64,000 nt of DNA from Takakia lepidozioides (GCA_030704615.1 CM060731.1:22072001-22136000), one strand, 5' to 3'; shown: positions 12,225 through 25,386, counted from the stretch's first letter. Translations and numbers: made by a program. The notes: generated from the letters alone by a model not told the origin.

Positions 12225-12360
12225 TTGGATAATGAGATATTTCATTCAATACATGCTGTTAAGGTGTAGAATGCACTACAATAGTGAGCCTATTTCCAAA
12301 AAAAACCTAGATCCAAGGGTGGAATTTACAAATGTGGGCGGTCCTCCAAATGGGCCCATT
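12225..12360. repeat. Dispersed repeat, second copy at ~15785-15915
   Basis: Shared GATAATGAGAT.TTTCA.TCAAT...GAATGCA..ACAA.AGTGAGCCTA...CTAGATCCAAG..TGGAATTTACAAATGT. Confidence 0.75.
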
Positions 12361-12449
12361 AACCGGTTTTCTGTCTACCTATTTACAAATAACCCTCTTC
12401 GCCTTTGCCTACATTAAGCATTGACAAAGCCTTCAGTTGTTTTGCATTT

Positions 12450-13610
12450 AAAGTCCATTCAATTAAAAAAAACCAGAATTGGCTTCAACGGGATTCATAC
12501 AAAGTATTATGTGCATGTCCAGAATGCCAAAGTTCTTTTAAAACTTTGCAGATGCCAAGGGGTAATGAAAATGATCTTATTGGTACGAAAACCATCTCTG
12601 TAGAGTATCATATGCAGATAAGCTAAGTAATTCCAGATTTGATGCAGATTCCAAATCGGATCCGATTCCAAATCTGATGCACCATTCCATATTGTCAAAG
12701 CATCACAAGTCTTTGATAAACCAGACTGCTTATCAGATACAACTCTGAAATATGTTATGAGCTATAGATGTTGTTTTCCAGATATTGACAAACCACTCAA
12801 GTATGTAGCTCTGTAGAGTGTCTGTGCAGAACTCAAGCATATTTCTAGATTGGCAAAGCAACTCAAGCCTTTGCAGATGCTTCAGGTGACCAAAAAGTCT
12901 TTTTATAACATAGCACAACAGCTAGTTACTTATAGCAGAACAGATTTTCTTAAAAGTCTTGGGTACTCCAATATTGCAGAAACCAAAACCAGTGAGGGTT
13001 CATACTGGCATCACATACAGCTCTGAAAAGTTTATTAGGCATCAGCCGGTGCTGATGCTAGTTTTCCCATATGGTTTGAGTACCCCAGACAATATCAGAT
13101 GCTAAAGGTATTGAAATACCAGACTCGTAAGTATCTTTGCAAAATGATTGTACAAATCTGATGCACCATTCCAAATTGTCAAAGCATAAGTCTTTGCAGA
13201 TGCTAAGGGAGTGTAAACATTTAGATATTGGTACCCAAAGCATTTCTGCAAAATGTACTTCCAATAATTCAAAACTTTGCTCATGCTAAGGGATGGTAGA
13301 TACAGGAATAACATAACATATCAGTTACACTTATCAGAAAAGAATGTTTTCCTTAAGGCCTGGGTATCTCAAAAAATGCAGAAATCAAGGGTCAGTAAGA
13401 GTTCATACTGCATCTGATACAAATTTGAAAGATTTTGGCATCAAGTAGTGATGTCAATTTTTCCAGATAGCCTTTAAGTAATCCAGACTATGGCATATAG
13501 TAAGTTGATTTGAAAAACCAAACTGGTATACAGCTCTGCAACGTGGTTGTGTAGGTCTTATGCGCTGTCCCAAATTGCCCAAACTTCTCAGATTTATACA
13601 GATGCTATGC
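12450..13610 (-). pseudogene. Highly decayed internally repetitive region, probably an LRR-encoding remnant
   Basis: FGHLKHLQRLEL / TLQSYIL LRR-like words. Internal duplications (~12950-13080 vs ~13350-13470; TGATGCACCATTCCA at ~12675 and ~13160). Confidence 0.4.
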
Positions 13611-14224
13611 TAAGGTAAAAAAATACAGCCCAATTCATGTTTTTTTCTCTACTCTTCAGTAGTTATTTCTCTGGACATAGATCAAACGTGATTCGCGCTC
13701 TTTTGATGTACTATCATCCACTACTTTTCTATTCTTGCTATCAAGAAATGGTCACCACTGTGAATAATAATAGCTCTGTCCAATGTCTTTAAAATTGATA
13801 ACGTGACCAAATAATCTCTCTTCAATCTTGTACACTGATGTTTTTGGACTAGATTTGCTTAGAACTCAAGCCTTTCACGCATAAACCATTTTTTTTTTTG
13901 CAAAAACCTTGTGTGAGATAGAACCATCATCTCCCAACTTATGAACTTCATCATCAATGGCGCTGCAAAGACTGCAGTCTTAGACCCTTTCCATGGAAAT
14001 CCTCCTCATGTTTAACTCTACATATCATATCATGTTAGTTCTCTACACAATACTTGCGACTTCAACTTGGCTGACCATTTCTTCTATAGTACTTGAGGCA
14101 CATGTTTTCAATTTTTGTAGCGCGTAGAGTACTTCTGATGGGATTTTGCAAGAATGAGTGGATTGTAACAGATCTGAGATGATACTTAATAAAGTGAGAG
14201 ATGATTACGTGTCATAGCCCATAT

Positions 14225-14958
14225 GGGTGAGTGCAAACTAAGGTGGCTCAGTTTGGACATCACACTGTAGTTTTTCAGTGAGTGTTTTTCATCTTATCTA
14301 TAACATTGTACAAATAAGTTTATTTCATTCCAAATGAGATTGAATGTTGATAGCCATTTACCAGATGTATATGTTGGTATGATTATTTTGCAAGTTTAGA
14401 TGATTTTTCATGGAACTATAGACTTTTTAGGATTTGCACTTTGGGCTATCACATTTCCAGTTTGTCCACAATTGGACTCTCAAACACTAACTTGCACTTA
14501 GCCATTTTACACATGGACTCCGAATATAGATTACCGTTGAGGAATAAGAGACATGGATGAATTTGTAGACAATTTCATTTATTTATTAGTGTGCTATGGA
14601 CTTTTATACACCTCCAAATATACCCAAAATTTCAAAAGTCCATGGTATTAAAAAAATTTCATATTTTGGTAGAACTCTTCGATGACAATATAAAGATTGT
14701 CATTATCTGCAAGTTCTTATAACTGGATAGACAAATGTCCTCTAGAATTGGGGACCTACAAATTAGTTATTTTTTTAATCATGGAATAATATTTCTAATA
14801 AAAAATATCTCGGGATCCCTTTACTAAAAATGTTAGGCATATCATTATCTATCAATGTAAAAATAAATTGAACAAAAAACATAAATTAATTTTTTGCCAA
14901 TAGACTTTCATGGAGGTCACATTTGCCATTTTTGAGCCACTTGATCTTGCACTCACCC
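14225..14958. mobile_element. MITE (~734 bp), same family as 7590-8336, 4-bp TSD ATAT
   Basis: TIRs GGGTGAGTGCAAACTAAGGTGGCTCA / GGGTGAGTGCAAGATCAAGTGGCTCA. ATAT at 14221-14224 and 14959-14962. Shared internal TTTACTAAA.ATGTT...CATTATCTATCA. Confidence 0.9.
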
Positions 14959-15969
14959 ATATCCCCACTCCTTAGAGCTCCCAAAATCGTCGATCACCGA
15001 TTGTGTAGGAAAACCGCAATTTGAAAACTCTCCTCTAATTTATTATCTGACATTGTCAACAATATATGGTCTAGATCAACTCAACCGTGTAAATCCAACG
15101 GTTGGTTTTTCAATGAGATTGAGATAATATGTGGGCATCAATGCCCCCATATAATGTCATCCGGCCTGTCTTGGAGCATGTTTTTTTTGCTTTATAATAT
15201 TTGACCAATTTATGTACTGTTAGGGACCATGATCTGCCGTTTTTGGTCTACTGTTTGCAATCACTCATATATAGTCTTGAAGTTGCCACCAGAATATTCT
15301 GTTCATATTTGTAATGAATGACATGCGGTGGATGAACAGTTTCATGGTCTGTAGGTCTGGAGTTCAACTTCTTGTGTGGGTTTGTGTAGAGAAGGATTGT
15401 TGGCCTGCACCAAAATATAGGTATTGGATCTACTGACATCACTGACCTCTGGAACCACTTGAAGACCATTTGTGTGATCTTCCAGATTTTTACTATCTAT
15501 TTATAATTACTAGAGGGCAGGGCTTGCATGAATTGCATGAATTTGTTTTGTTTTTGCATTAGTATGAATTTTGAGGTTTGACCCAACTATTTGAGTTATA
15601 GGTTGATTTTTCCTGTTCCTGCCTCCCACAGAGAAATTTGGTATGGTATCCTAGCCAACTACGGTGAAAATTCGAGTCACACAAACTTTTTATTTATTAG
15701 GATCTTTTGAATGTGTTTGAGGGGGTTCAAATGACCTCCATAGCTTGGCAACTCAAGGTGAGCATATGCCAACTATTGACTCCTTGATAATGAGATGTTT
15801 CACTCAATCCCTTTTGTGAGGGTGTGGAATGCATCACAACAGTGAGCCTAGTCAAAAAAATTCTAGATCCAAGAATGGAATTTACAAATGTACCCCTCTC
15901 TGAGTGGGCCCAACCATGGGCCATTTATGACTATCAAGCCATAGGGTCAACTCTCCCTAACCCCTCTTA

Positions 15970-17220
15970 TATGCGAGAAGAATGATGAAGGTCAGAGGGG
16001 TTAGAAAGGAGCCAGGTCGCTGCTGCATTGAGATTTGCAACAGGGTGCACACCTTCGCTGTAGATGACAGGTTGCATCCCAGAATTAAGGAAATCCATGC
16101 TGAGCTGAGAAGATTGTCTGGGCAGATGACAGGAGGCGGGGTATGTGCCTGACACGTGCTTTGTATTTCATGATGTGGGGAAGGAGGAAAAGGAATTTTC
16201 TCTTTGCCACCACAGTGAGAAGCTGGCCATTGGTTTTGGGCTGATCAGGTTTGTGTGTATTTGCAGTGCGTGTGCAAGCCTGGCAGCCCTGGAGAAGGGC
16301 AAAAAGGTGCATGGTTGCATTGCCAAAGCTGAAATTGTACCAGATGTGATTATGAACAATACCCTCATGGACATGTATGCCAAATGTGGGAGCATTGAGG
16401 ATGCGGAGGGAGTGTTCTTGCTTGCAGGATATGCCAGCAGGGGCGCAGGATGGAGGCCTTGGAGACCTATGAACAAATGCTGGGGAAAAGGTGAAGTGCA
16501 ACCACATCACGTTTGTGTGCATTGGCAATGCTTGTGCAAGCCTGACAGCCCTGGAAAAGGGAAAAGTGTGGGTCCAGATTCAGCAGCAGCGGCACAATTC
16601 ATAAAATCAGGCACTGCTAATGAAGACACCTTCTTCAAAACATTTCACCCTGTTTTCCCCTCTTATCGAAATCGTCCTTAAATTTTCATGTTCATTTCTG
16701 CAAGTTACTGGTTGAGTAAACCTTTGATAGTTTGCTGAGATGTGGTGTCGTGGAACTCGATGCTTGCAGGGTATGCACAGCAGGGGCACTGGATGAGGCT
16801 TTGGCACCAGATGTTGTGTTTGGCACACTATGTAAATCCACTAAGACCAGGGAGTAGTTGAGCAGCTCAGTCTGAACCCTTTCCTAGTGCCAACAAACTC
16901 TGATGTGGATTCACGCCAAGAAAGGTCTGGAAGCTAGAAAGCAGGTGCACACTCACAAACATCGCATGGTATGCACAGCAGGGACGTGGGATGGTGGATT
17001 TGGAGACCTATGATCAAATTATGGGGGAAGGGGTGAAGCCCAACCACATCATGTTTTTGTGTGATTGCAATGCTTGTGCAAGCCTGGCAGCCCTGGAAAA
17101 GGTCAAAAGAGGTCTATGGTGACATTGTCAAAGCTGGAATTGTACCAGATGTTATTCTGAACTCTGCCCTGGTGGACATGTATGCCCAATGTGGGTGCAT
17201 TGAGGATGCAAAGCAAGGAA
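15970..17220 (+). pseudogene. Scrambled PLS-class PPR / E+ / partial DYW fragments
   Basis: PG box KEPGRCCIEICNRVHTF, YVPDT...[13 protein letters not shown], then out-of-order PPR motifs ([31 protein letters not shown]). Frameshifts present. Confidence 0.88.
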
Positions 17221-17818
17221 CTTATGTGTACTCTGTTTATGTACTGGGTGTGGCAGGGAGGCTTTGGAGATTGTGAATGGGTGATGCCTGGTAGGTGAAC
17301 GTCATGTGTATTCTGATGCCTTTGCCAGTCTTTGAGCACTGAAAAAGTGCAGATGGATCTGTATGTATTTGTAAGCCTATACGTTCTGATGTGAGGTTCT
17401 CTGGTTTTATGACAGGAACAAAACAATTGTGATCAGGAAGTGAAGGGCCATCTCCTATTGGAATTCCTCAATCAACATAGCTGGGCCTGAATAAAACATC
17501 AATGGACTAGGCCTTTCGTCTTCACTAGGTGTTGCTGCTAAAAAAATAACCGATTGTGAGAGGGTTCCTAATCGAATGATGCTTCCAAGTACAGGTGAAG
17601 CAGAGGAATATAACATACTGTTACATCGCACCTTGCACCTAACTTCCCAGCAAAGCGGTGTAGCATCAACCTCGGTTTGAGAGAGAAAGCCACAGTTCTA
17701 TAGATTAGCGTGATTAATTTTAAAGTCGCACTCGTAAGGTTTAATTCTCCTAAAAAACCCTACTTTCATCTGCCCCTGCCCCTCTCTCTCTCTCTCTCTC
17801 TGCACCATACAAACAACC

Positions 17819-18543
17819 ATGTCAACGTTGGAAATAGCCGACACAATAGACACTGAAACGGACCAACAAATCCAGGAAATAGCCCACCAGGACATGACAA
17901 ACGTGATATACGACAGTTTCGCGTCCAAAGACCATCATACCTTAAAGGTGGGGAACACATAGAAGCGCCTGCCCTACAGGACAAACTCCCATAGTGCCTT
18001 GTGGAACGTCCCTTCGGACCGTGAAGAAATAGCAATCTTTGTAGGTATTGGCAAAACTGGGATTACAGATTCGTGACTTTCGCCAAAGAACTAAAAGATG
18101 CAAAATTCACAATATTGATAGAAGACAACCTTTTCTTGTTCGACTATGCAAATACAATACAAAATGGTTCGATAATTGAAGGAGGAGAGGCGAGGACATG
18201 ACGTGGATAGGTGGAAACAACATAAGCTTCACGAAAAGCTCCTAAAAATTGACGCAAACAACTTTGGCTCGATGTCCGGTAACAACAAACGTCAAAAAAC
18301 AAACAACGACAAGATGTACAATACAATAGAAGTCCTTAACGAAAATGGCCAAAAAATGGATGGAGAATCCGTACGTTCAGGGGATCTCGTTGCAGTCAAG
18401 TGTAACATCCGATCTTGATGAATTTTCGTCAAAAGAAACACGGGCTTTCATTCCAACTAGAAGGGGTCAAACTGTTGGCCAAAGCACGGGAGGAGACAGA
18501 GTCCAATGACGACGACAACTGGAGCAAAAGCATAGCTTGGTAG
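17819..18543 (+). pseudogene. Intronless decayed ORF, possibly a phage/virus-type ssDNA-binding (OB-fold) protein
   Basis: ATG at 17819. C-terminus EVLNENGQKMDGESVRSGDLVAVKCNIRS / HGLSFQLEGVKLL..EETESNDDDNWSKSIAW* across a frameshift. Motif resemblance only. Confidence 0.35.
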
Positions 18544-18858
18544 AGCTTAAATTAGACATATCTAAACGTTCCATGTAAGGGCCACCATATTTTATAGAGA
18601 CCATCCTCCTTCTCCTTTTCAAAAAGTCTATCATGTCCCAATGCATGCTCACAACGGATAATAAAAAAATACTGATTTATCATAGTCCAAATCTACTTGT
18701 TTACCAAGACGACCCATGGAAAACCCCTCAAACTCTCTCTCAAGTTCCTCCAGTTGGCCCATCCGTCCGGACGTCCTTCTCATAAGTCGTGGCTAGTAGT
18801 GCGGAGCAACGCGAAGTCCTAGTATATCTACAAACAAAAGGCGCCACGCTACAACAAC

Positions 18859-18940
18859 GTCAACATGGCCGAGTGGTTAAGGCGATAGACTTGAAATCTA
18901 TTGGGCTACGCCCGCGCAGGTTCGAACCCTGCTGTTGACG
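18859..18940 (+). tRNA. trnS-UGA: tRNA-Ser (anticodon UGA)
   Basis: Acceptor stem GTCAACA/TGTTGAC, D loop GCCGAGTGGTTAAGGC, anticodon stem ATAGA-CTTGAAA-TCTAT, long variable arm, GGTTCGAACC. Upstream CAA and downstream TTTT terminator. Confidence 0.97.
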
Positions 18941-20059
18941 TTTTCTTCCTACATCTTGGTAGTGCATGCACGTCCTTCCAGTCAGAGACGGGAAAGTATC
19001 GGACGGAGCTGAAAAAAAGCCCTGTTCTTTTTGAAGGGCTGGAAGAAGTGGGTCCAGACACCAGATTCCTCAACTGGTAAGATTACAACGATGGAAATGA
19101 CATCATCTCTACTGAAAAATTGTTAGCCAGACTATACAAGTTCTCCTTAATCGTGAAGTGAAACCTCTATGCATCAATCGCTGGAAACCCTGGAACAATC
19201 GAACAAACCCTTCCTGTAGTGACCGAACAGGCAGGCCCACACACAACATTCCACCTATGAATGAATTAGGACCCGAAAGGAATAAGCAGTTTCAGGATTT
19301 TTCCGACGTTTCCCCTGGCACCTTTTCAGTCACTGTGCAGGGAGGGGTGAGGGCCAATGCACCATTGAATGCCGTGTCGTGCCTGTTTCACTGCACCTTA
19401 CAGCCTAAGGCAGCTAGATCTCCCCATTCAATATTTTGTTTCCAAGGCTTGTACACAACTGTATGTGATTAAACTTGATGTTGGTGGCTGTTCTGGTGGT
19501 TTTTGAATGAAAGGACTTGGAAAATGGGTTGGTGTGTAAGTGCAGGTGCGTATTCAGCTTGGGCAGGGTGGTGTGATGCAAGTGGCACGCGATGTTATGC
19601 GCAGAAAGAGGGCTTTTGTGGTTTTTACAAGGTTGGTTTTCTTGGAAGTTGGAGTTCAATTAGCATAGTTGAGACATTATCCTTTCTCTTGTCTATGCAG
19701 ATATACAAACTTTTGTGTCTGTCCTGGCTTGGTTGAGATTTTCGGGTCACAATCCATACCCTGGTTTGCATTGTACCTCACAGACCTCACTATGTTTTTT
19801 CAAAAGAATTTGTTGATCTCTTTCATGACTCCCGTTTCTTTGTAGACTTCAAGGTGACCCTTTATCTGTCCTTGTTGATACCTTCCAGTTGAATGTGATA
19901 ATTGGTGATACTTATTTTTTTTAGCTGTCTTCATAAAGGGCATTAAGGTGATGTTGACCATGCTTATGTTTGAGTTAGCATGTCATATGAATGCTACATA
20001 TTTCTACTCTCTTGAGTGTAAAATCTGGATGCTGTCAGTCTGAGCTCAATTGGATTACA

Positions 20060-20762
20060 GGATTTGTCAGCAGGATTGCTGAGACAAGCCATTTCCACCA
20101 CAGCCCGCCTGGGAACTTCAGGTATGCAACCAGCAAGCTGTGTCGGTGACTTGTAGTCCATTTACACACGCACTGAAACTCTGTGGATGTTGGCTTGTTG
20201 ATCTTGGTCGTCCATCTCTGCGTTGCCCTCACTCTTGCTTCTTCTAAGAGACGAGATAATGGTAGCCTTGCATTTGGTTTACTAGCACACTTTAAGTCAA
20301 CAGGCGATTTCGTAGGCAGCTCCAAAAGCAGCGAGGGAGACTAGGAGAAAATAAAACCACCCAATGAAGGCACAAGGTGATGGTTTTGAAGTGGTATTGT
20401 TGAGTTGGATGTGGCTGATAGGGTGTTGACGAACAAGGCCATGGTAGCCAAGGAGGAGAAGCCATTACCTCTGTACCAGAAAGGGCTTTGTGGACTAACT
20501 GCTGGTGCAATTGGGGCCAGCGTTGGGAGCCCTGCTGATCTTACTCTGATTCCAGAGGCTCAACGTCGCCATTATAAGAATGTATTCCACCCATTAACAC
20601 ATATTTCAAAGGATGAGGGAGTGTTAGCCCTGTGGAAGGGTGCAGGCCCTACAGTCGTTCGAACCATGGCCCTCAACATGGGATCTCTTGCATCATCTGA
20701 TCACCAGAGTGTGGAGTTCTTTAGGGACCAATAGAGCTTTGGGGAGATTCCAACTTTCATTG
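20060..20762 (+). pseudogene. DTC: Mitochondrial dicarboxylate/tricarboxylate carrier fragment (2 exons)
   Basis: LSAGLLRQA..TTARLG exon; KPLPLYQKGLCGLTAGAIGASVGSPADL...LWKGAGPTVVRTMALNMG. The RMQAD segment is missing and there is an in-frame stop. Confidence 0.85.
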
Positions 20763-21146
20763 GTACGTAGATTGTCTTTCCCATCATTGGGCAGTAGATG
20801 TGCAGTAAATAGCATTTCTGTTCACAGGCAGAATTCACTTCACTTCATTTTCAGATCACAGCAGAAGTGGGCTGGGCAATGTACCCCACCCTCGTTGGCT
20901 GACAGTCTACTGCACCCCTGAACATTCGAGCTACTTGATTCACCCATTTCCACAAAAAAACTCAGTTTGTGGAAATTTCCAAAGACAGGTCTCTCATTAC
21001 CACAAGCTAAGGCCTCTTTGTACAGACAAGCAGCCTTGTAACTGCATAACCGACAATTTGATAAATAACTATGTAGTTCAACTAGAACTGCTCTTACCTG
21101 TGTTGTCTTGGCTTACAGTATTGATCCTATTCCCATTGTCTTGCCA

Positions 21147-22965
21147 TCAAATAGGCAGTGGGTGGGCTTCGGTGTTGAGCACGAAGTGAGTTAAAGGCAA
21201 CACATTAGTGTCCCCAAATAACAAATACAGGTACTTCAAAGTCTCTCCAAGGAAGAATGTCTCCATCTTGTCTCTCTTTGGGGCTGGCACTATAGTCACG
21301 TCATCAAGAGATGCATAGCCACCGGAGATGACCTTGGTGAGGGTTTGAAAAGCCTGAAAATTTTCCAACCCCATTTCCGGTACCTACAGAAAACGTGGTG
21401 CATAAGACACATTAACATGACCATGTCCACAAGTCATTGTGCACAAACAGATTAGTTTTGAGGGCTAAACTATCCAGGCCATCAGGATTCCTCACAGGTA
21501 CACCAACTGGCCACACTGGTGATAGTGTAGTTCACAGCATGTTTAAAGAGGTGATGGGTGGCCATATTGCACAGTTTAGTGAGCACAATACGACACAAAG
21601 AAGTATTTTTGTAAAACATGGTGACTAGACAAATTATTTGCACCGAGTACTGTGCAAATACTGAGCATATTCATTGCAAAAATCAAGAAAGTATTGGTAA
21701 ACACTGATTTGAAAAAGAATGCCCAGGGTAATATATGCACAGTACAAGGACTCAAGAGGAAAGGTTTTTCTCTGGTCACTTAACACCTGGGAAGTTGGAG
21801 AGCACTGAGAGCTCCGAGTGGCAAACATCTAGAGACTGCTACTAACATTAATGTGGATACTTCCAATGCAGCCAAACAGAGCTAGGATGCCCGCCAGCTA
21901 TATGTTCGGCGCCTGGCACACGGAGGGGCCCAATGATTATCCAACCCCCAGGCAATCACCCAGTAACACAATGGTGAACTGAGCTTGATACACTTTCGTC
22001 ACGTTGAAGCTACTTGCTATCCGTAGGAACTGAAGTCTTCCGTTCCGGTGGTGAACACTTCCTCATTTTCAGATGGCCCTATTTGCTTGTCCATTGGGAC
22101 AATTTACAGTGGTGCCCTGAACTCAATATAATATGGTACTTACATTTTTATCTCGCTCTTAAGATCACACTAAACCATAATGACATGAACCACGTTCCTT
22201 GATACAAGAGTTCATCTGTTAAGTAATTCTGGTAGAGGAAGATGCTTACCTCGCTCTCAGAGCAGATTTTTTAACACATTCTTGAAGAGAGGTGACAAGT
22301 TGCATGTAGGCACTTACTTCAAGTCCCCAGTAATTCGATATAACACAAATAGTGACTCAACCATTTCTGGGCGAAGAAGGTTATGGCGATCAGCAGGTTT
22401 GATGATGATGTCATGCTTAAAAAAGGCATCTGGCTTCCCTCCCTCCACGTTCAGCTTGATACCCTGCTGCAACCCACACCTGCTTTTTAGTTTTGACACA
22501 GGAGAGGTTGCCAACTAGGAACCTTATTCCTACCTAGGCCTTGGACCATAGTTTTAAGAGAACATCCTGACAAGCCTCTTGCCTTACTGACAGGGCTCCC
22601 AGGAAGGTCTTGCCCACCTAGTGTCCCCACTTGAGGGACTCCACTCTGTCCTCTCTTTCAAGCAACAGTCTGATGGGTCTGGGTACTGGGATGAAAACTT
22701 TCCCTTAGACAATATTTTCCCAACGTAGCTTAACAAAGAAGCAGTAGGAAGTCAGGTCTGGAAATCATTGAACACTGAACCAACTAATGCAGGTCAGAAC
22801 GACAACTGGCCACTTACATTCAAGTTGAAGTAGGCCATCTCTGGTGCCAGACCTGTGGCAGTGACCTCATGAATCTCATAGCATGTCTTTGCCAAGTCTT
22901 CTGCCAGATTGAAGTCTTGGATTCCATTTGCACTCAAAAGACCTGCAGCCAAGCTCTTTGCTCAC
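21147..22965 (-). pseudogene. GH47 class I alpha-1,2-mannosidase (MNS3-like), last three exons only
   Basis: LAEDLAKTCYE..TATGLAPEMAYF; [30 protein letters not shown]; DKMETFFLGETLKYLYLLF...NTEAHPLPI*. No 5' exons found. Confidence 0.88.
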
Positions 22966-23562
22966 TAAGATTTATCATATCTCAATGTGAGAGCCTAGTA
23001 AACTTTAAACTCACATATGAGAGGTAACTAATGATAACATGACAGTAACATCCAAGGTAAGGCAAACAAAAACACGAGGATAAAACATCAAGAGACGGAA
23101 GACAATAATACAAAGAGGGAGGAAACCAGAAAGAATGCTGCTCATAACTTAGAGAGTCAATCAAGAATACGAGACAAATCGCCTGTATCATGTATAACAG
23201 CGAACAGCTGTTGTAACTCCCACTGACTTCATCAGTTCCCGACACAGCCTGCAGACTTACTGGGTTTCTGTGTCAACATGTGAAGAGTCAGCCAAAATAT
23301 TTTAGCCTTACAATCATAGATTAACCAAACTTAGAGAACATACTCGTAAGACTTTATTTGCCGTACCCTTGTGGCCATAAACCCCACACCCGGTTTGGAC
23401 AGAACAAGAGGGAACAGACACTACCTTTGTTAGGGGCTCACTCCAGTAGTGGTTGGTATAAACAATTATTCAGGCTTTCCAGGTATCCTCTAGAAAGGCC
23501 CTTCACACAAGTGTCAATCTGCTGTGTATGAGCTGCTCAGCAATTAGACCCCAACAGGGCCA

Positions 23563-24535
23563 TGTTGAAAGTCAGCTCAGATTTAGTTAACCATTGGGAC
23601 TGTTAGCTAGGGTTCTGTTAGGGTTTTTTGATGGCTAGGGATGGTTCCCACCAGAACGTTCCGGCAGAAGGTTCCAGCGAACCTGTGTAGGATTTAGGGA
23701 AGGGCTGAGGCAATGCCCAGCATTTCTTCTGGCCTAGTAGATTGCAGAGAGGAGGAGGAGAAGTCCAGCATCTACAGTAAACTCTATAATTAGCTTTCTT
23801 TTGTAGAAGGGAGCAAGGGAGCCAGTTGTCTGATCTTGTTAGTACTAACTAATTCCGGTATTATTCAGCTGTCAAGCTTTTGTACTGCTGCTTGTGAATA
23901 GAAGCTTCCTGTCAATATCTCTAGAGTGAGGACAGGTCTAGTTTTCTAACAGTTTATGGGCCCACAAGACGTTACAACTACTTGGAGAGTTGAGCCGACT
24001 GATGAGCCTTCAGAGGATGACTTGAAGGATGCCACGTGGAAGCAAAAGAATGAGGCATATGTGATGGTGAACATGAGATCAGAGGTGATAGAGTTGGTAA
24101 GGGGCCTTAAAATTGCTCATGAGGTCTCGCAGAAGTTAGACAAACTGCACCAGACAGATGTGGTAGGGCAAATGCTTGCCTCATGGAAACAGCTCATGAA
24201 CATGAGAATGGGAGAATGTGAGAGCATATCTGCTCACATTGCAAAGGTTAGAGGCATGTGTATGGAAATAGTTGCTCCAGAAATAGTGAGTTGCTTCGGA
24301 TCATGACCTTGTTGGCACCTTGCCAAAGAGTTATGACATGGTGCAAAGCTCGTTGTCTACTCATGCTGACTTAGAAGTTTGTCACTGGACAACTTCTCAT
24401 GGAAGAAAACAAGCTGAATAGGAGTAGCTCAAGTATGGACAGTGCTCTCATGGCTACCTCCACCAAGAAAGAGAGGGCATGCTTCCGATGTGGCAAACTT
24501 GGCCATTTCCAAAAGGATTGCAAGGTCAACAAGTG
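23563..24535 (+). mobile_element. Ty1/Copia remnant: 5' LTR (23563-23951), half-tRNA-Met type PBS, decayed gag
   Basis: TGTTGAAAG...TTTCTAACA termini; GTTTATGGGCCCA at 23952-23964; UBN2-like gag (MRMGECESISAHI) and knuckle CFRCGKLGHFQKDC. Confidence 0.85.
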
Positions 24536-24559
24536 GAGAACACTGATTTTCCACTTCAT

Positions 24560-24905
24560 TCACAAATTTCTTGAACGCCTCCAGCACTTGAAGAGAAAGG
24601 AGTACAAGAATGTCTTTCTACTCATGTCATCAGTGAAGGTGATAAAGTACCTAGATCCTCCCAGTGATGTTGTCTTCATGGGCCCAGACACATCTGCATG
24701 TATCAACTCCAGCCTTTCCTTGGCTCTTGTGGTGGATTCCTTGGGCATTGGGGACTTGTGCTGTTCCCTTTAGCACATCCTTCGCAGAACTGTAGCTCGT
24801 GTGACCAGTCCACCTTCAGCCCCAATGCCAATTTTTAAAGGTCCTTGACCCAACCTTCTATGCCACAATGGTGTAGTGTCCATTGTGTCCCCAACATAGG
24901 CCTCC
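24560..24905 (-). pseudogene. Copia GAG-pre-integrase/integrase fragment, opposite orientation to the adjacent gag
   Basis: LWHRRLG, CEGC, LELIHADVSGPMKTTSLGGSRYFITFTDDMSRKT. Confidence 0.88.
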
Positions 24906-25386
24906 TCCTGAGGTCAGACATACTCAGAAGCTTGTAACGTGTGCTTCTTCACATTGCTGGTCCGTACTGCTTGCACCACTTTCTGCCACAAATTGATCAT
25001 AAGGAGGAATCAGATCCAACAAATATGTAGGCTCAAGGTCAAGTATACAAGTGCACTTGTTCCACATTTGATACAAGGATTGATGCAATGGGGACTCCCT
25101 CACTTGAGCAATAACCATATACATCATTTGACAGAAACAAAAGGAAGATTTTGAGGGCATGGAGAAGCCAAATTGACCTCAAGATGGATTGAGAGCTTGT
25201 AGGCCCTCTAAAAGCAGAGCAGACCAACACTGCTGTTCCGTCAATGAAAAAACACTATTTTCCTTGCATTGGACTATGCTTGACGAAGGTGCAATAAGAT
25301 TCTGTGTTGAACGAAGATTAGCTGAATAAGAGTCCACAGAAAAGGAGGGTACATAAAGAGCACCCGAAGAATCTCAAAGCCTGCCA

